Origin: Stegostoma tigrinum
Lineage: Eukaryota
Assembly: GCF_030684315.1 (NCBI RefSeq)
Contig: NC_081397.1
Coordinates: 11,370,421-11,434,420 of the forward strand
Reading direction: 5' to 3'
DNA length: 64,000 nt
Below the pieces are notes generated by a model. It ran no database searches, was not told the origin of the DNA, and saw nothing but the letters and a program-made list of their open reading frames with translations. Shown here one piece after another: positions 52,100 to 64,000 of the stretch. Every line of letters begins with the position of its first letter. Positions within the stretch are counted from its first letter, which is position 1. The position numbers and the translations under genes were made by a program.

Positions 52100-52890
52100 G
52101 TGTTTAAAGCAGGCACAAAGCTATGGGGGAGGGGAGCTGTGAAGGAGGCTACAGAGATGCTTCAGTGTGATTTGGACAATTCAGGAAGTGGCAGCTAATG
52201 TAGATCAGCATGAGGTTATCCAACTGAGAGCAAAAACAGGAAGGTGGTGATTATCCAAACGGTGATGGATTGGGAGTGGGGGAGGTGCAATGAGACCTAC
52301 GTGTCCCCCATACACCAATCGCTGAAAGTGAGTATCGCAGGGGCAGCGGGTGGGGAAGGAGGCAAATGAGATGCCGGCCTTCAAGCGAGAGGATTCGAGC
52401 CCAGGAGCCGGGATGTCTTGCTGCAATTGTGCAGGCTGAGACCAAACCCTGGAGTATTGTGTGTGCAGTTTGGGATCAACTTATCTGAGAAAGGATGTCC
52501 TGGCTACGGAGGGAGTGCAGTGAAGGTTTCACAGACTGATTCCTGGGATGGCAGGATGGACACATGAAGAGAGACTGGTTTGGCTAGGATTATATTCACT
52601 GCAGTTCAGGAGAATAAGGGAAGAATCTCATAGAAAACTGTAAAATTCTAACAGGACTAAATACGGTAAACACAGGAAGGATGTTCCTAGTGACTGGGAG
52701 GAAGTCAAGAACCAGAGGACACAATATAAAGGAGATGGGTAAGGACTGAGATGAGGCGAAATGTCTTCACCAAGAGAGTGGGATCCTTGTGGGATTCTCT
52801 GCGACAGAACACAGTCAGGACCAGAAAATTGAATGGGGAGAGCAGCCTGGAAGGGCTGAATGGCCGACTCCTGCTCCTACTTTCTAAGGT
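52100..52890 (+). mobile_element. Old CR1 fragment
   Basis: ctggagtattgtgtg..cagtttggg, aggactgagatgagg..ttcacc motifs and gggctgaatggccgactcctgctcct tail. Confidence 0.75.
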
Positions 52891-53015
52891 GTTTCCTGTG
52901 ATCAGTCTGATATGAACCAATAGTTAATATTTTACTGCGCGGATGTAAGGTATAAATCGACCTGCACTTCCTGTGGCAATAGCTGTGGTCTATTTAGGCT
53001 TAAAATGTAACATAC

Positions 53016-53050
53016 CTTCTTCCCATTCGAGGAGAAACCAACACTGCTGC
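53016..53050 (-). CDS. Ig receptor cytoplasmic exon (35 nt)
   Basis: gttttattttcag| and |gtatgt, phase 1 to 0, GSSVGFSSNGKK. Confidence 0.75.
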
Positions 53051-54509
53051 CTGAAAATAAAACAGACCAAGTTGAGAAGGAACTCTTTGGAGACATTGAC
53101 GATTCAATTTGGACGAATTGAAGGCTGATCAACATTAAAGATGTAACTGAATATTTCAAAAGCATAAGCTGTGTTTTTATATTGGTGCAACGCTTAATAA
53201 ATTGTCCTCCTCAATCAGCCCAGAAACTTCAGAAGATCGCATTTAGAAACCTCGCTCTGGCTAAAGCCTACAATTTGCATTCAGGTCAATCACACAGAGG
53301 GTCAGTTTTTTAGGATGCAGGTCATTGCAACATCTTCAGCAGGCCGCCTTAATCTTATCAGCCTTTGCATCACTCACCCTGTTGTTGTACATGAAAACGA
53401 CAAGAGTGAACCATACAGATAACGTCCATTTGGGTTTTAGCTGTTGCATGCTGATAGTTTCAGATAGCTCAGTTGGCTAGATGGCTGGTTTTTGTAATAC
53501 ATGGCATGCCAGCCCTTGCCAACAGCATGGGTACAATTCCCACACCAGCTGAGGCTACCCTGAAGGATGCTCCTTTTGAACCTCTCCCCTCTCCTGAGGC
53601 GTGGTAACTCTCAGACAAGTTAAAACACCACCCAGTTCCCCTTCACTCTCTCTCTCTCCTATGAAAGAGCAGGCTGGTGGCCATGTAGAACATGACCATT
53701 TACTACTCATTCCCTTCAGACAAAGGCTAGAATGTGTTTGGATTCCATTGTACACAAGGCCAACTTCAGTTCAAATGTCCCTTGTGGGTGTTGATCGGTA
53801 TCCGTGTGATAATTGCAAGTTCATCTTTCTGAGCAACAATATGACATGCGGTGCTTTTATTTTCTCTGTCATCTCAAATCAGCAGGTGGTAGCATTTTGC
53901 ATATCCGCCTTGCGTATTATATGAGGAAAATGGAACTTACTTTCTCTCTATCCACAGATGCTGCCAGACCTGCTGAGCTCCTCCAGAAATATCTGAATTT
54001 ATTTCTGATGTCCAGCATCTACAGTTCTTAGTTTTAAGAGAAAATGATCTACGTCTGCCTCAGTTAAGTGTAAAATGCATGTCCCACTGCTTGCGTCACG
54101 CACAGAATGTTTCTACATGTACAAAACAGTAATTGGGAAGCGACCGCCATCATATCACAGTCACCAACACACACAGCGATATATTTTTATTTCATTCATT
54201 CACAAGGTGTCACTGGCCAGGCCAGCATTTATTGCCCAACCCGAACTGTCTCCATTGCTGTGGGTCTGGAGTCACATGTCGGCCTGACCAGGTAAGGATT
54301 GCAGCTTCCTTCCCTAAAAAGCATTGGTAAATTTATTGGGCTTTTCCCCAACAATTTCATGGTCATTAAACTCTGAATTCCAGATATTTATTGAATTCAA
54401 ATTCTGTGGGAGGATTCGAACCCAGGTCCCCAGGACATTAGCTGGGGTCTTTGGATTAACAGTGAAGTGATAATATAACTAGACCATACCCCTTCTGATT
54501 GGAATAACC

Positions 54510-54697
54510 AGATGTGGTGCTGGATGAGCACAGCAGGCCAGGCAGGGTCAGAGGAGCAGGAAAGCGGACATTTCAGGTCTGGACTCTTCTTCATTTTCTG
54601 AAACATCGGCTTTACTGCTCCTCTGATGCTGCCTGGCCTGCTGTGTTCATCCAGCTCCACACCTTGTTACCTCAGACTCCAGCATTGGCAGTCCCTG
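54510..54697. mobile_element. Head-to-head inverted dimer of the hammerhead-core element
   Basis: ctggatgagcacagcaggccaggcag mirrored by ctgcctggcctgctgtgttcatccag. Confidence 0.75.
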
Positions 54698-55046
54698 TTA
54701 ACCCTTTCTCATTGCTCTGTGTGTCTGTTCTGAGTCACTGACAACATATAAATCATCTCCAAATCCTTGACCCTATCTGCAGGGGAACAAAGGGTCACAG
54801 CAGATCAGATCGGGGCTTGTTTCTGATTGGCTGGTTTACTGTCCATTCATTCACAAATCTGGATGTTTCTTTTGGTAGACCCTCTGTTCCCTCACACTCC
54901 TGTCACTGCAAGCACTGTGGTATTTCTCTATTTGGAACTGGCCACACACAGGCATTTCCACAGTAACTGGGATCATGATATTGTTGGAGCTGCAACGATC
55001 CTCTGTCTCTCTCTTAAACATAGCATTAAACAAACAAAATATTTAC

Positions 55047-55106
55047 CAGACTCTGTTCTCTTTTTGGTGGTGACCACTGAATAAACTATATCCGCAGCGG
55101 TGTTTT
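55047..55106 (-). CDS. Ig receptor cytoplasmic exon (ITIM IVYSVV)
   Basis: tttatttctttgtag| and |gtaaat, phase 1 to 1, ENTAADIVYSVVTTKKRTES. Confidence 0.85.
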
Positions 55107-56548
55107 CTACAAAGAAATAAAGTGCACATGAAAAACACACATCAATCAGAGAGCAGCGCTTTTATGGGCTAAATGACACATGCAACATCAATGCACAGAT
55201 TCATGGATAGATAATAAATTTAAGAGCTGGATGGACAAATTTAATCGACTGATGGATGGATAGACAGATGGATGTTTTAAGATAGAGATAGATAGTTCTT
55301 GATTAATAAGGGGAATCAAGGGTGATGGGAGAAGGAAGGGAAATGAGATTGACAAACATATCAGCTTTGGTCAAGTGGCACAGCTGACTTGATGGACAGA
55401 ATGGCCTAATTCTTCTCCTATATGTAAGGTCCTGTAGCCTTATTTAGATAAGAAGATGCATAGATAAATAAATATGCATACAGATAATATCCTTGGTGAT
55501 CATTAAGTTCACTACAACCACTATAAATACTGCTGTACAGGAAGCTTGCTTCCCTTCATATCACTTGCATGGAGCACTTGTGTCTCTGAGGAGCCAAGCC
55601 TTTGTACACATCACTCATTGTAACCAACATCAGTTGGATTTCTCAATACCAGAGTACTGCGCCCTCAGTTTCCGACATTACTTCCGATAAAATAAGCATG
55701 GTGTGTCAGGCAAAACACCCTGAAGGAGGTCCAGTCACAAGGTATTAACAGCAACGGCCGTCTGTAAAAGACACTGGTTAAAGATAGGGGTTTATAGCCC
55801 AGCAGTAGACCCATCAGCCCATCAGGTCTGTGCTGGCCAAAAGCAACCACCTCCCTATTCTCTAATCACATTTCCCCAGCACCTGCCTCCATAGCCTTGG
55901 CATCACAAGTGCACATCTCAATCTTTCTTCGATGTGATGAGATATTCTGCCTCTCCCACCCTGACAGGCAGTGAGTTCCAAATTCCGCATCACTGACTGG
56001 ATGAAAACATTTTCATTCACATCCCCCTCTAAACCTCCTGCTCCTTACCTTCAATCCATGTCCCCAACCCCCCGGTCGTTGAGTCCTTCAAGAAGGGGGA
56101 AGGGTTTCTTCCTGTCTCCCGTATGTCTGCCCCTTATCATTTTATACACCTCAAAGAAGGAGGAGTTGGCATCTTTGAGGGTGAAAGGGATTGAAGTGTC
56201 CGGGGGAGAAAGCTGGGAACCGGGGATTGAGTTTGATGGTCAGCTGTGACACTACCCAATGGGCCGGCCAATGGGAAGGCTGAATGGCCTCCTCATTTCT
56301 CTCAGAAACAGGGACTGAATTAGATGGTTAGCTATAATCATAATGTCTGGCAGAACAGGATAGGAGGGCTGAATGGCCTAGTACTGTTTCCTGGCTGCTG
56401 TCCTCCCCTTCAGCCTCCACAGCTCCAAGGAAAACCACCCCATTCTAGCCCAGCTGACAGCTCGGACGTTTGACCAGAATTCCTACCATGTTATGGTGCA
56501 CCGTCACTGTGTGGGGCTCTATAACCACACCGATTCAATGGCACTCAC

Positions 56549-56622
56549 CAGCATTGTGTGCTGCTCCGATTACTGCATACTCCAGGTTGCTGGCTGCTGC
56601 CGCTTCACCAGAAGCTTGGGAT
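56549..56622 (-). CDS. Ig receptor cytoplasmic exon (ITIM-like LEYAVI)
   Basis: cccctttctactggaaatag| and |gtgagt, phase 2 to 1, RSQASGEAAAASNLEYAVIGAAHNA. Confidence 0.8.
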
Positions 56623-57165
56623 CTATTTCCAGTAGAAAGGGGAAGGGAAGGAAGTTGTCATTTCAAACACAACGCTTTCAACACCACGCTCAGATTCAAT
56701 AAAACAGCAAAGCTAGCATGGAAATTACAAAGCCCAGTTAAACCCTGTTATTGCTTGGTCCCACGTCCCTGGTTTCCATCCAAACATGGAGCTTTCTCAC
56801 CCTCAAGGAGCTTCCCAATTCCCCATCGCTTTTCACTTATGTCGTTTAGTGAAGGGAATCTGCCATCCTTACCTGGTCTGGCCGTTTTGTGACTCCAGAA
56901 GCTGGTTAACAAAACTGCCCTCTGGGGCAATCAAGGATGGGCAATAAATATTGGCCCTGCCAGTGACACCCACACCCCTGTGAATGAATAAAAGCCACCT
57001 GGGACTTTCCAGGAGTATTGTTTCCTGGTTTGTCAGGCTCATATTAAAAGGATAAGGCAATACCCAAGCTCCCTCTCTCAGTTCTTCTGCTCGTTGTCGC
57101 TCCCTGATTAAGGGGAATCAGGATAAACAATGGCAAATATAAAATTTGCAGTTTCATCCCCTTAC

Positions 57166-57196
57166 CTCTTGGGCTGTGACACAGGTGAGGAATTGC
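57166..57196 (-). CDS. Ig receptor juxtamembrane exon (31 nt)
   Basis: tctctctacctgcag| and |gtaagg, phase 1 to 2, GNSSPVSQPK(R). Confidence 0.8.
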
Positions 57197-57354
57197 CTGC
57201 AGGTAGAGAGATAACATTCTTAGCGTATTGGACAGTAGCTTTGTGCTGTTACAGACAGGAGCTGCAAAGCCCTTTCTCAGTCATAAGCAGAGAGCAAACA
57301 CATCAATAGATGAGAATCATCAAACCCATCTTAATGCACATTAACCAGTTGTGA

Positions 57355-57770
57355 CAGGGATCGGGTGAGGGTTTGGGTTAGTGTCTGAGTGAGGGCCAAG
57401 GCCAGAGTTCGGGTCAGCATGAGGTTAAGGATTGTTTTATGGTGAGGGTTAGCATTCAGTTTAAGGTTAGTGTTAGGATTTGGATTAGGATTAGGGTCAT
57501 GGTTAGGTTTTTGGGTATGGTTTGGGTCAGGGTTAGGGTTAAGGTTGTTTCAGCATTATGGTTCAGTTCAGGATTAGCATTGGGTTAAGGCGAGGGTTAC
57601 GGTGAGGGTCAGCATTCAGTCTAGGGCTAGGCTAAAGGTTTGGGTTGGTGTATTAGTTTTAGTTAGCATTTGGCTGAGAGCCAAAATTAGAATGAGTATT
57701 AGAGCTCAGTTTCGGACTAAGATTTAGTTCAGAGGTAGGTTTGAGTTTAAATTAGGGTTAGGATTAGTGG
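57355..57770 (+). repeat. Degenerate (TTAGGG)n-like hexamer tract
   Basis: ggttagggtt, ttagga, tcaggg and tgaggg variants with 6-nt period. Confidence 0.8.
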
Positions 57771-58081
57771 ACCAAGGACTTGAGGGGGCTGAATGGCCTC
57801 CTCCTGTTCCTGATTCACATGATCTTATGCCTCTCCTCTTCTCTGAGGTAACACAGAGTGGCAGTATTGGTCACATTTACCCGATCCAGGAGGCTAACTT
57901 TGTGAGTGCTCTCCCTTCTACTGTCGGGAACACGGTCTACACCAGTTCCTGACCCAATACCTCCTTCCCCGGGTCCCCCACCCCCACCCCCACCCTGTCC
58001 AGCTGCAAAGGTTACACTGGGGCGGGGACGGCAATGCCATGCCCCGGGGAACAAACCCGATCCCCGTGGGAAGTTACAGAC

Positions 58082-58183
58082 CTGTGTGCCCCCTCCGGTG
58101 GATGAACCACGCCGACGCGATCAGGCCGGCGAACAGCAGAACTGGGACGAGCGAGGCCGCGATCTCCGTGGAATAACTCCGAG
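58082..58183 (-). CDS. Ig receptor transmembrane exon
   Basis: ttggatttcag| and |gtctgt, phase 1 to 1. ARSYSTE-IAASLVPVLLFAGLIASAWFI-HRRGHT: 21 mostly hydrophobic residues plus a basic stop-transfer. Confidence 0.85.
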
Positions 58184-59007
58184 CTGAAATCCAACAACAA
58201 CATCCGGCTCACGTTAACAAACTCAGCGGGAAGTGTTACCGCATCAGCCCTGTGTGAGGCACACGGTCAGCATCAGAGTGACCAACCCCTGCAGGTACGT
58301 AACTCCCTGCCACCCACGGGGGATGGAAAACACGGAAGAATTGAGCCCATTGAGCTCCCTGCACCGAACCCACTTTCTCGCACAAGCCCCTGAGAGCCCA
58401 GAAGGTTTTGACACATTGAGTTCTCATCTAGGCACTTGTCAAAGGTTATCAGGTTTCCAGCCTCAACACCCCTCCCAGGCAGTGCAGTCCGGAACACCCA
58501 CCATCCTCTGGGCGAAACAATCCTCAAACACCCTCTATTCCTCCTGCATTCTACTTTCAAATGATGCTCCCCTTATTGCTCACCCTTCCACCCAGGGGAG
58601 CCGCTGCTCTCTGACCCCCCTCCCCCATAGCCGTCCCTGTGCCACACAGACTGACACACCTCTATCAGTTCCCCCTCAGCATTCCCTGCTCCAAAGAAAA
58701 CAGCCTGAGCTTACTGAGCCTCTCTTCATCGCTGAAATGCACCAGCCCAGGGCAACGTCCTGGTGAATCTCCTCTGCACGCCCTTCTCCATAAGACTTAC
58801 ACTTCCAGATTTTTATTGCGCTCAAATTCTACCATTGAGTATGGAGGGATTTGAACTGGGATCCCGGCAAAATGACCCAGGCAGCTGGATTAATAACCTC
58901 ACGTCACCTTCCTAACTGAGATGGTTAATTTTGACTGGCACGGACTGGATGGAGCGAATGGCCTTTCCCTGTGCTCTGTCTGTGTCTGATCTGACTGTCA
59001 CTGTTAC

Positions 59008-59310
59008 CTCGCAGCGTGAATTCGATATAGTCGCTGGTCACGTTAAAAATGGTGCCGTCGGTTCCTGTGTTGATCGCTGCACAGTGATACCTCCCGACAC
59101 TGTCTCTCCGGAATGAATGAATAACCAGCTCACCACCATCGGCAGTCACATGGGAGCTCGCACTGCCGTTCCTTAGCGGCACGTTGTCTCGGTACCAAAT
59201 GAACTGGGGCTCAGTGCCTTCCCTCACCAGGCACCGGAGAACAAGGCGGTCCCCGGGCTGTATCTCAGTCCCGTTGGTGCGGGATATCAGCACAGCATCC
59301 GTGACAGGAA
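59008..59310 (-). CDS. Ig C2-type domain exon of an Fc-receptor-like/PECAM-like receptor
   Basis: gttttctcctcag| and |gtaaca, 303 nt, phase 1-1. VPVTDAVL..GDRLVLRC..EGT..FIWYRDN..L.I..DSVGRYHC. Confidence 0.92.
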
Positions 59311-60067
59311 CTGAGGAGAAAACACGCCGAGTTCAAAACCATGGAGTTCGCCCATCGATTGAGGCTATCAGTGGGGACCAGTTTAATGCAAATAATTTAA
59401 AAGGGATTTAAGCAGTACGATGGATTCAAAATCTAATGGAGAGCTTTAATACTCCCCAATGATCAACATTTTGGAGATTATCATTGAGGGAAAAAAATCT
59501 ACCTGTCGCACCACCCCACCAGCACACCCCCCAAAATGTTCAAAGGAGTTACCATCGGCGTATCCCCACACACTATCCTTGGGAGATGCTAAAATTGAGA
59601 GACTTCATTGAGTCATACAGCGTGGAGTGGGCCCTTCGGCCCATTGAGCCTACACACACAATAACTGCCCCCTAAAGGCATACTAAATCCAACTTCCTCC
59701 CCTGGTCCCATATTCTTAAATGTTATGATATGAGAAGTGCTTCTCCAAATATATTTTAAAGACGTTTCGGTTTATGCTCGCCACTATATTCCCAGTCAGT
59801 GCATTCCTGATTCACCCAGAGCTGAGTGAAAAAGCTTTATTTTTTTGTCAAATCCTCTCTGAATCCCCTGCCTGTTACACTAAATCTGTGCCCTCTCATT
59901 TTAATTTTAGCATCTCCCAAGGATGTGCAATCTCATGATTGACCCATCAACCAGGGGGAACAGATGCTTTCCATTCACCCTGTCCATCCCTCTCACAATT
60001 TTATACACCTCATTCATGACCCTCCTCTGGCTTCCCTGCTGAAAAAAATCAATCCAGGCCTATCTGG

Positions 60068-60264
60068 AGATAGTGGGAACTGCCAATGCTGGAGAATCGA
60101 AGATAACAAGGTGTAGAGCTGGATGAACACAGCAGGCCAAGCAGCATCAGAGGAGCAGGAAGGCTGACATTTCGGGTCTGGGCCCTTCTTCAGAAATGTC
60201 AGCTTTCCTGCTGCTCTGCTGCTGCTTGGCCTGCTGTGTTCATCCAGCTCTACACCTTGCTATC
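60068..60264. mobile_element. Head-to-head inverted dimer of the hammerhead-core element, inside a minus-strand CR1
   Basis: Arms ~60102-60173 and 60193-60264 are near-perfect reverse complements. Confidence 0.85.
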
Positions 60265-60384
60265 CCAAGCCCATCTAGTCTCTCTTTCTAGCTCAATTGC
60301 TCCAACCCAGGAAACAACCTGGTGAACCTCTTCTGTATCCCCTCTAGTGCGATCACATCTTTCCTGTAGTGAGGTGACCAGAAA

Positions 60385-62185
60385 TGCACACAGCTTTCTA
60401 TCGGTATGCCAGGAACAAAAGAATGACTAGAATAAGATTAGGGCCAGTCAAGGACAGTCATGGGAAGTTGTGTGTGGAGTCTGTGCAGACAGCAGAGATG
60501 CAAAATGAACATTTTTCTTCAGTGTTCACACAGGAAAAAGACAATGTTGTTGAGGAACATACTGAGATATGGGCTTTGAGACTAGATGGGATTGAGATTC
60601 ACAAGGTGTTGGTGTTAGCAATTCTGGAAGGTGTGAAGATAGATAAGTCCCCTGGGTCGGATGAGATGTATCCGAGGATCCGCTGGGAAGCTCAGGAGGA
60701 GATTGTAGAGCTTTTGACTTTGATCTTTATGTCATCATTATCTTCAGGAACAGTGCAGGAAGACTGGAGGATAGCAAATGTTTTCCTCTTGTTCAAGGAG
60801 GGGAGGAGGGACAATCCTGGTAACTACAGACCAGTGAGCCTTACTTCGGTTGTGGGTAAAGTGTTGGCAAGTATTATAAGAGATAAGATTTATAATCATC
60901 AAGAAAGGAATAATTTGTTTAGGGATAGTCAGCACGGTTTTGTGAAGGGTAGATCATGACTCATAAACCTTACTGAGTTCTATGAGAAGGTGACCAAACA
61001 GGTGGATGAAGGTAAAGTGGTTGATGTGGTGTATATGGATTTGATTACATTAGTTTGATAAGGTTCCCCACGGTAGGCTATTGCATAAAATACAGAGTTA
61101 TGGGATTGAAGGTGATTTAGAGGTTTGGATCAGAAGTTGTTAGTTGGAAGAAGACAGAGGGTGGTGTTCGATGGGAAATGTTCACCCTGGAGTTCAGTTA
61201 CTAGTGGTGTACCACAAGGATCTGTTTGGGGCCACTGCTGTTTGTCATTTTTATTAATGACCTGGATGAGGGCATAGAAGGATGGGTTAGTAAATTTGCG
61301 GATGACACTAAAGTTGGTGGAGTTGTGGATAGTGACGAAGGATGTTGCAGGTTACAGAGGGACATAGATAAGCTGCAGAGATGGGCTGAGAGGTGGCAAA
61401 TGGAGTTTAATGCAAACAAGTGAGAGGTGATTCACTTTGGAAGGAGTAACAGGAATACAAAGCACTGGGCTAATGGTAAGATTCTTGGTAGTGTGGATAA
61501 GCAGAGAGATCTCAGTGTCCGTGTACATAGATCCCGGAAAGTTACCACCCAAGTTGATAGGGTTGTTAAGAAGGCATACGGTGTGTTAGGTTTTGTTGGT
61601 AGAGGGCTTGAGTTTCGGAGCCATGAGGTCATGTTGCAGCTGTACAAAACTGTGGTGGGCTACAATTGGAGTATTGCATACAGTTCTGGTTGCCACATTA
61701 TAGGAAGGATATGGAAGCATTAGAAAGGGTGCATAGGAGATTTACCAGGATGTTGCCTGATATGGAGGGAGGGTCTTATGAGGAAAGGCTGAGGGACTTG
61801 AGGCTGTTTTCGTTAGAGAGAAGAAGGTTGAGACATGACCTAATAGAGACATACAAGATGATCAGAGGATTAGATAGGGTGGACAGTGAGAGCCTTTTTC
61901 CTCGGATGGAGATGGCTAGCACGAGGAGACATAGCTTTAAATTGAGGGATGATAGATATAGGACAGATGTCAGAGGTAGGTTCTTTACTCAGAGAGTAGT
62001 AAGGGCATGGAATGCCCTGCCTGCAACAGTAGTAGACTCACCAAGTTTAAGGGCATTTAAATGGTCAATGGATAAACATGTGGATAATAATGCAATAGTG
62101 TAGGTTAGATGGGCTTCAGTTTTATTTCACAGGTCAGTGCAACATTGAGGGCCAAAGGGCCTGGAGTGTTCTATGTCTCTACATT
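60385..62185 (+). mobile_element. CR1 LINE ORF2 remnant with 3' end
   Basis: ORFs 60384-60959, 61226-61423 and 61666-62103 with CR1 RT motifs. Confidence 0.93.
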
Positions 62186-63793
62186 TCTACTACTCCGGAT
62201 GCTCAGAATCCTGTAACGAACAATTGACCACCTGACTCCCCAGAGCCTGTCCGACATTGACAATACACAAGTCAGTAGTGTGATGGAATACTCCCCGCTT
62301 GCCTGGATGGGTGTAGATCTAACAACACTTTAGAAGCTGAACACCATCCATAGAAAAAGCTACTCCCACTTGATTGCCACATCCCCAAACATCCAATCCC
62401 GACATCACTGACATAGTTGTGACAGTGTGTACCATCTACAAGACACATTGAGGACATCCACCAAAGATTGTGAGGCAACACCTTGTAAACCCACAGCCAC
62501 TTCAATCCTGATGGACAAGGGCAGCAGATACATGGGAACACCAGGACAAATTCCCCTCTGAGCCACTCACCATCCTGACTTGGAAATATATCTACTGTTC
62601 CTTCAGCGTTGCTGGGCCATAATTCTGGAATTCCCTCCCTAAGAGCAATGTGGGTCACCAACAGCACATGGATTGCAGCGATTCAACAAGGCAGCTCACC
62701 ATCAACTTCTCAAAGTGGGGCAACGAGGGACGGGGACTGCATTGCCCATGTCCCATGCATGAATAAATAACTCCCAATGGAATAGGCCTGCCTATTATCA
62801 TTCACCAAACATTGTGTATATAATTTAAGTCCAGTTCATTTTTAGACTCGCGAAGTGAGAAACAAGCTCAGTAATGGTGAAACTGGATGACTCATGAAAT
62901 TGCGCTAAACAGAGACAAAAGGGTGTTGTTGGGAGAAGGATACCAGCCATCCTTACCCAGCATGGAACTCCACATAACTTCAGACCAAAACTGAAGGGAA
63001 CTATTTTGAACCTCCTTCTGAAGGGGCCAAGCAAGTCAGTCCCTTCTCAGAAATACAGTCTTTTGACAAAGTTCTCCTCTAACTGTGATTTAAAAAGCAA
63101 ACCCTCATAAACACCAAGCCCATCCCCACCCTGATAATCATTGACACTTGACCAATCACCTCCCTTCACACTCTAAATGCCCGGTGTTTTGCCCAAAATC
63201 AACACTTTGGTCATTAATGTAATGCTGTTTGTTATTTTGGTCAGAAGACCAGGAGAGATTGGGACAGGAGTTGGTTCTCCAGCAAAATATCTAATCAAAT
63301 ATTCAGGGGATGCGCAATTTTTGGAAATGACAAGGAGGGAGGCCGTGTGGATGATATAGCTCTGTACGAGATTGAATAGATATGACAGCAACAAGAATCA
63401 TCTAGGATCAGGTGGTGTAGAAGCTATCATGGGCGAGACGAAAACTATATTGGCTGGAGTTTGGAAGAATGATGGGAGGCATTGAATCTCAGGATGTTCT
63501 TGATGATCAATGGGATAATCTAGAGACAGGGAGTCACAGTCTGAAGGAGATGGGGTAGGACTGAGGTGGGGAGAAATGACTTCACCCCGAGAGTGGGGAA
63601 CCTGTGGAGTTCTCTGCCACGGAAAGCAGTCAGAGACAGAAAATTGAATGTTATTCAGAAATGAGCTGAAGACAGTTCTTAGGGGCTAAAGGGACATGCA
63701 AGTTACGGGCATTGAGTTGGATGATCAGTCACAATCCCAATGAATGGGTACAGCAGCCTGTCTGAATGGCCTACTCGTGTTCCTATTTTCTTT

Positions 63794-64000
63794 GATTCTA
63801 TGTTAACAAGGTGTAGTGTTGGATGATCCCCCTGGTCATATTGAATGGCTAAGCAGATTCGAAGCGCTGAATGCTCCTATGTTCTAGGTTTCAAGGTTTT
63901 GATGGAATGATTCTATGTTAACAGGGTGTAGTGTTGGATGATCCCCCTGGTCATATTGAATGGCTAAGCAGATTCGAAGCGCTGAATGCTCCTATGTTCT
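63794..64000 (+). repeat. 115-bp tandem repeat running off the window end
   Basis: gattctatgttaaca.ggtgtagtgttggatgatccccctgg at 63794 and 63909. Confidence 0.85.

Noticed and set aside
57064-57103. Extra cytoplasmic exon (ERQRAEELREGAW)
   Set aside because: It would need a 62-nt intron and ends in phase 0, incompatible with the next phase-2 exon.

Overview
Repeat-rich vertebrate genomic DNA, most likely from a cartilaginous fish (inferred from the CR1, V-SINE and Penelope repeat types and the shark-type histone N-tails). Main contents: (1) A quartet of replication-dependent core histone genes, H2B(+), H2A(+), H3(-), H4(-), at 9.7-14.8 kb. Each has a 3' stem-loop and no H1 is recognisable. 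(2) The 3' part of a spliced minus-strand immune receptor, mostly missed by the ORF track. I assembled 7 phase-compatible exons by hand (59310 to 49932): an Ig C2-type domain, a transmembrane helix, and a tail with three ITIM-type motifs plus a terminal YENI, i.e. FCRL/PECAM-like. A diverged duplicate of its last two exons lies at 31.2-33.9 kb. (3) A three-copy duplicated unit (about 4, 18.5 and 25.5 kb) carrying a length-conserved 82-nt exon-like segment, associated with arrays of a degenerate ~48-bp satellite. (4) Many CR1 LINEs, including young copies with target-site duplications and an antisense self-insertion. (5) Penelope-like GIY-YIG fragments and a short ~130-bp family carrying minimal hammerhead-ribozyme cores. 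Boundaries of old transposon fragments are approximate.
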